From Candidatus Wildermuthbacteria bacterium (GTDB taxonomy: Bacteria > Patescibacteriota > Minisyncoccia > Minisyncoccales > CAVTZN01), in assembly GCA_963739285.1 (NCBI GenBank), contig CAVTZN010000004.1:31227-95226 (forward strand): a stretch of 64,000 nt of DNA, written 5' to 3'. Positions 61,106-64,000 of this stretch are shown one piece after another. The notes below the pieces were generated by a model, which made no database searches, was not told the DNA's origin, and saw only the letters and a list, made by a program, of their open reading frames with translations. The translations under genes and the position numbers were made by a program. The first letter of the stretch is position 1. Every line of letters starts with the position of its first letter.

Positions 61106-61339
61106 TTCGGAGGGCTTGATTCTATTTTTACCTTCCAGTCTATCTGCGAGTGGCTTAACCCCGCCCTCTCTTTAGAGAAGGCGGGGGGATGAAATCTAAG
61201 TTATCCCTCCTTAATACTTAGGGCCTTAGGTTATGGATAAAAGTTTCTGCTTTTAATCTATAGCGCTCGCAGGTAGACTGGAGGGCGAAATATCTTAATT
61301 TGGTAGCTCTCCACAAGTAAATAATGAAGGAGAAGTGGA
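61106..61339 (+). ncRNA. Candidate structured leader / cis-regulatory RNA of unknown family upstream of the GGDEF gene
   Basis: 20-bp long-range helix 61131-61150 with 61266-61285 (two U-G wobbles valid only on the + strand); 12-bp hairpin 61159-61186; several SD / anti-SD-like boxes. Confidence 0.45.
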
Positions 61340-61839
61340 ATGATAAAAAGATTTAACGCTGCCTTGATAGCATTTCGTCACCCCGATCTTCTTAATATCA
61401 GAGATCCATTGACAGGGGCTTTGACGCCGAGGGAGTTTAATCGATTGGCCGAACGTCTGGTAAATCGTGCCCGGAAAGGCGGGCAAGTTATTTCCTTGGT
61501 ATTTATTGATGCGGACGGGCTAAAAGAAATCAACGATACCAAGGGACATAAGGCCGGAGATTCTTTTTTAAAGAAGCTCTCTAGGGCCATATCCGCAAAT
61601 ATCCGACCTCTCGATATTTGCACAAGATGGCACGGCGACGGTGGCTGACGAATTTGCCCTACTTTTTCCTGATACAGACTTAGATGGCGCAGAAAAGGTC
61701 GTCAAGCGTATTCAAAAAATCTTCCCAAATTTATACTTGGGGGGCGACTGGATTGGGCGATGAAGGAGATACTATACGATATATGGTGGAAAGAGCAGAG
61801 CAGAAGATGTCTCGGCAAAAAAGAGAAAAAGAGAGGTAA
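61340..61839 (+). CDS. Stand-alone GGDEF-domain protein (diguanylate cyclase-like), 2 frame breaks, one inside the GGDEF motif
   Basis: RDPLTGALTPREF, VFIDADGLKEINDTKGHKAGD, GG-t-DEFALLF (extra T at 61646), G6 run 61739-61744, tail ...YMVERAEQKMSRQKREKER*. Confidence 0.65.
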
Positions 61840-61849
61840 CTAGATTATG

Positions 61850-61889
61850 ACCGGGGATTACAACGTTCAAGTCGTTGCCCCGGTTTTTC
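61850..61889. terminator. Bidirectional terminator between the GGDEF gene and pth
   Basis: ACCGGGG...CCCCGGT outer stem with an inner CAACG-TTCAAGT-CGTTG, followed by T5. Confidence 0.6.
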
Positions 61890-62505
61890 ATTTATTATAT
61901 TTGTTCATCGTTTTTTCCAGTCCTTCTTTTAAAATCGTTTCAACCGCTTCGGCGGATTTTTTTATAACTTCATTAATAATTTTTTCTTCTTCCTTATTAA
62001 AATTTTGAAGGACGAATTTTTCGGGATTTTTAGGTTTCCCTGATTTTGGCAATATTCCGATCCTAAACCTGACAAAATTTTTTGTCCCCAAAGCTTTAAT
62101 TATTGATTCTACGCCTTTGTGGCCGGCTGCTCCGCGGCCGGTTGCTATTTTAATTTTTCCTAAAGGCAGGTCGATATCGTCGTGAACTATAATTATGTTT
62201 TCAGGTTCTAGGTTATAGGTTTTAGTTAGTATTTTGACTGATTTGCCGGAAAGATTCATAAAGGTTTGAGGTTTGGCTAAAATTGTCTCTTTCCCTGAGA
62301 TTTCTCCTTTAGAAATTTGAGCATTGAAAATTTTTTGAAATTTGAAAAGACAAACCAGTCGGCGCTTCCCGCCTCCTTGTAATTGCCCTGCAATTAAGGG
62401 AAATTGAAAATTGGCGGCGATTTCATCGACCGCCCTAAAACCGATATTATGTCGTGTTTTTTCGTATTTTTCCCCGGGATTGCCGAGACCAACAATAAGG
62501 ATCAT
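61888..62505 (-). CDS. pth: Peptidyl-tRNA hydrolase with a GC-rich ~17-codon insertion
   Basis: MILIVGLGNPGEKYEKTRHNIGF..., KPQTFMNLSG, HDDIDLPLGKIK; the insertion LIAGQLQGGGKRRLVCL is encoded at about 62349-62398. Confidence 0.88.
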   Translation of the reverse strand: MILIVGLGNPGEKYEKTRHNIGFRAVDEIAANFQFPLIAGQLQGGGKRRLVCLFKFQKIFNAQISKGEISGKETILAKPQTFMNLSGKSVKILTKTYNLEPENIIIVHDDIDLPLGKIKIATGRGAAGHKGVESIIKALGTKNFVRFRIGILPKSGKPKNPEKFVLQNFNKEEEKIINEVIKKSAEAVETILKEGLEKTMNKYNK

Positions 62506-62567
62506 GTTTTTTCATTTTATCACATCTATTGTAAAATAAAAAAATATGCTATCATAAAAGCAGTATT

Positions 62568-63080
62568 ATGAAAAAACTTCTTTCTTTTCTTTGGGAAACC
62601 TTTAAAATTGTTGTCATCGCTTTGGCCATAGTTATTCCCATCAGGTATTTTTTATTTCAGCCATTTTTTGTCAAAGGAGCCTCCATGGAGCCAAATTTTG
62701 ATGACGGGCAATATTTAATTATTGACGAACTGTCATATCGATTTAGGCAGCCTGAACGTGGCGAGATAATCGTTTTCAAATATCCACATGATACTTCCCA
62801 GCGCTATATTAAAAGAATAATCGGTTTGCCCGGAGAAACGGTGGAAATAAAAAATGAAGAGGTTTTGGTTAACAGTCAAATTTTAAATGAGTCTAGTTAT
62901 TTGCCGGAAGGACTGACGACCGCCGGCTTTACAAAAATTATTTTGTCCGAAAATGAATATTTCGTCCTGGGCGATAATCGGCTCCATTCATCTGATTCCA
63001 GAAGCTGGGGATCGGTGCCCAAAGAAAATATTATTGGCAGAGCTTATCTGCGGGCGTGGCCGTTTACGGTCTGTGGATAA
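62568..63080 (+). CDS. lepB: Signal peptidase I (possible frame break near 63075 extending the C-terminus to about 63110)
   Basis: GASMEPNF, YIKRIIGLPGE, VLGDNRLHSSDSR. Confidence 0.88.
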   Translation: MKKLLSFLWETFKIVVIALAIVIPIRYFLFQPFFVKGASMEPNFDDGQYLIIDELSYRFRQPERGEIIVFKYPHDTSQRYIKRIIGLPGETVEIKNEEVLVNSQILNESSYLPEGLTTAGFTKIILSENEYFVLGDNRLHSSDSRSWGSVPKENIIGRAYLRAWPFTVCG

Positions 63081-63118
63081 ATTTGAAGCGCCCACACTAT
63101 AGTTATTAAAATACCACT

Positions 63119-64000
63119 ATGGCGAAAGTCGGCCGACCTAAAAAAATATATCAGACGCCATCCGGGATGCACGATATTTTGCCGGAGGATTGGTTGTTTT
63201 TTCAGAAAATTTTATAATGTGGTTGAGGATGTGGCCAATTTTTATGGCTTTTCCCGAATTGAAACCCCAATTCTCGAGTCAACCGAACTTTTTGAAAGGG
63301 GAATTGGCTTGACAACAGATATTATTGAAAAGCAGATGTACAATTTTAGGACGAAGGGCGGCGATTATGTTTCTTTAAGGCCGGAAGGGACAGCTCCCAT
63401 AGCCCGTTCTTATATCCAGCAAGGGATGCAAAATCTTCCCCAACCCGTAAAACTTTGGCATTACGGTCCTTTTTTTCGGTATGAGCATCCTCAAGCAGGT
63501 CGTTATCGCCAGTTTTGGCAGTTTGGTTTTGAAATTTTTGGCGAAGAAAGTCCCATAATCGATGCCCAGATTATCCAGATTTTTTATAATATTTTAAAAG
63601 AGCTGAAATTCAGAAATTTGATTATTGAAGTAAATAGCATCGGCTGTCCCAGTTGCCGGGCTTACTACAAAAAACTTTTAGTCAGTTATTTTAAAGGAAG
63701 AGAAGTCTCTCTCTGCGCCGATTGCCGAAGAAGATTGAGGGAAAATCCTTTAAGAATTTTGGACTGCAAAGAAGAAAAATGCCAACCGGTAAAATCACAG
63801 GCTCCTCAGATAATCGATCATCTTTGCGAAGGATGTCATAAGCATTTTAAAGAGGTTTTGGAATTTTTAGATGAATTAGAACTGCCTTACCATTTGAATC
63901 CATATTTGGTGCGGGGATTGGATTATTATACAAAAACCGTTTTTGAATTTTTTTTAGAAACAAAGAAAGAAAACGAGGATTTTTCCCGAGTCGCCTTATT
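63119..64000 (+). CDS. hisS: Histidyl-tRNA synthetase, partial (runs off the 3' edge), one frame break near 63210
   Basis: MAKVGRPKKIYQTPSGMHDILPED..., then FYGFSRIETPILE, LRPEGTAPIAR, FRYEHPQAGRYRQFWQFG, CxxC...CxxC insertion. Confidence 0.85.

Noticed and set aside
61131-61285. Interpretation of the 20-nt inverted termini as a MITE (155-bp element with terminal inverted repeats)
   Set aside because: Not excluded, but I see no target-site duplication and no second copy in the window. Both arm mismatches are U-G-compatible only on the transcribed strand, which favours an RNA helix. It is kept as the alternative hypothesis in the finding.
1-64000. Alternative genetic code (TGA read as Gly or Trp) as an explanation for the argS in-frame TGA
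   Set aside because: TGA ends several genes at their expected conserved C-termini: mutM 840-842, holA 1798-1800, glyQS 33020-33022, tsaC 50074-50076, tsaD 51110-51112, rel 56354-56356. The standard code fits, and only one internal TGA was seen.
1-64000. Programmed ribosomal frameshifting or transcriptional slippage as the explanation for the many split genes
   Set aside because: There are too many sites (dozens), in nearly every long AT-rich gene, with no shared slippery heptamer or downstream structure. A non-coding RNA (the tmRNA T-loop) shows the same one-base loss in a homopolymer. Consensus error is the simpler explanation, although I cannot prove it without reads.
1-64000. CRISPR arrays, cas genes, integrases, transposases, prophage or toxin-antitoxin/defence cassettes
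   Set aside because: I scanned both strands. There are no regularly spaced direct repeats and no ORFs with the corresponding signatures. The SLOG/LOG-like gene at 11055 has no conflict-system neighbours.

Overview
The window looks like a low-GC, gene-dense piece of a reduced bacterial genome. The gene set suggests a Candidate Phyla Radiation / Parcubacteria-like organism: Elp3, archease+RtcB, EndoQ-like nuclease, PolX, DUF763, eukaryote-type IleRS, small ribosomal proteins. That placement is inference only. Most of the content is housekeeping. It includes six aminoacyl-tRNA synthetases (argS, ileS, glyQS, metG, leuS, hisS), DNA repair and replication genes (mutM, holA, polX, recO, topA, dprA), and translation genes (rpsT, rplT, rpmI, infC, smpB, ssrA, pth, tsaC, tsaD). 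It also holds cell-envelope precursor genes (murE-like, glmS, murA, GlmU-like, YvcK/CofD-like), glyA-folD, rel, two tRNAs and one tmRNA. I saw no CRISPR array, integrase, transposase or recognisable defence system. The main caveat is sequence quality. Dozens of single-base frame breaks interrupt essential genes, and those I dissected mostly sit in A/T or G homopolymers, so a low-quality consensus is the likeliest cause. Gene spans below cover the reconstructed genes. The most interesting items: (1) a perfect consensus promoter plus a strongly structured ~230-nt leader RNA ahead of a sensor-less GGDEF gene; (2) an XRE-HTH fused to sigma-70 region 4, followed by a structured ~190-nt RNA; (3) a PurF-like protein without the catalytic Cys; (4) tandem HPS-like paralogs; (5) a short GC-rich repeat inserted in frame into conserved genes; (6) several GC-rich single-gene islets in the AT-rich backbone.
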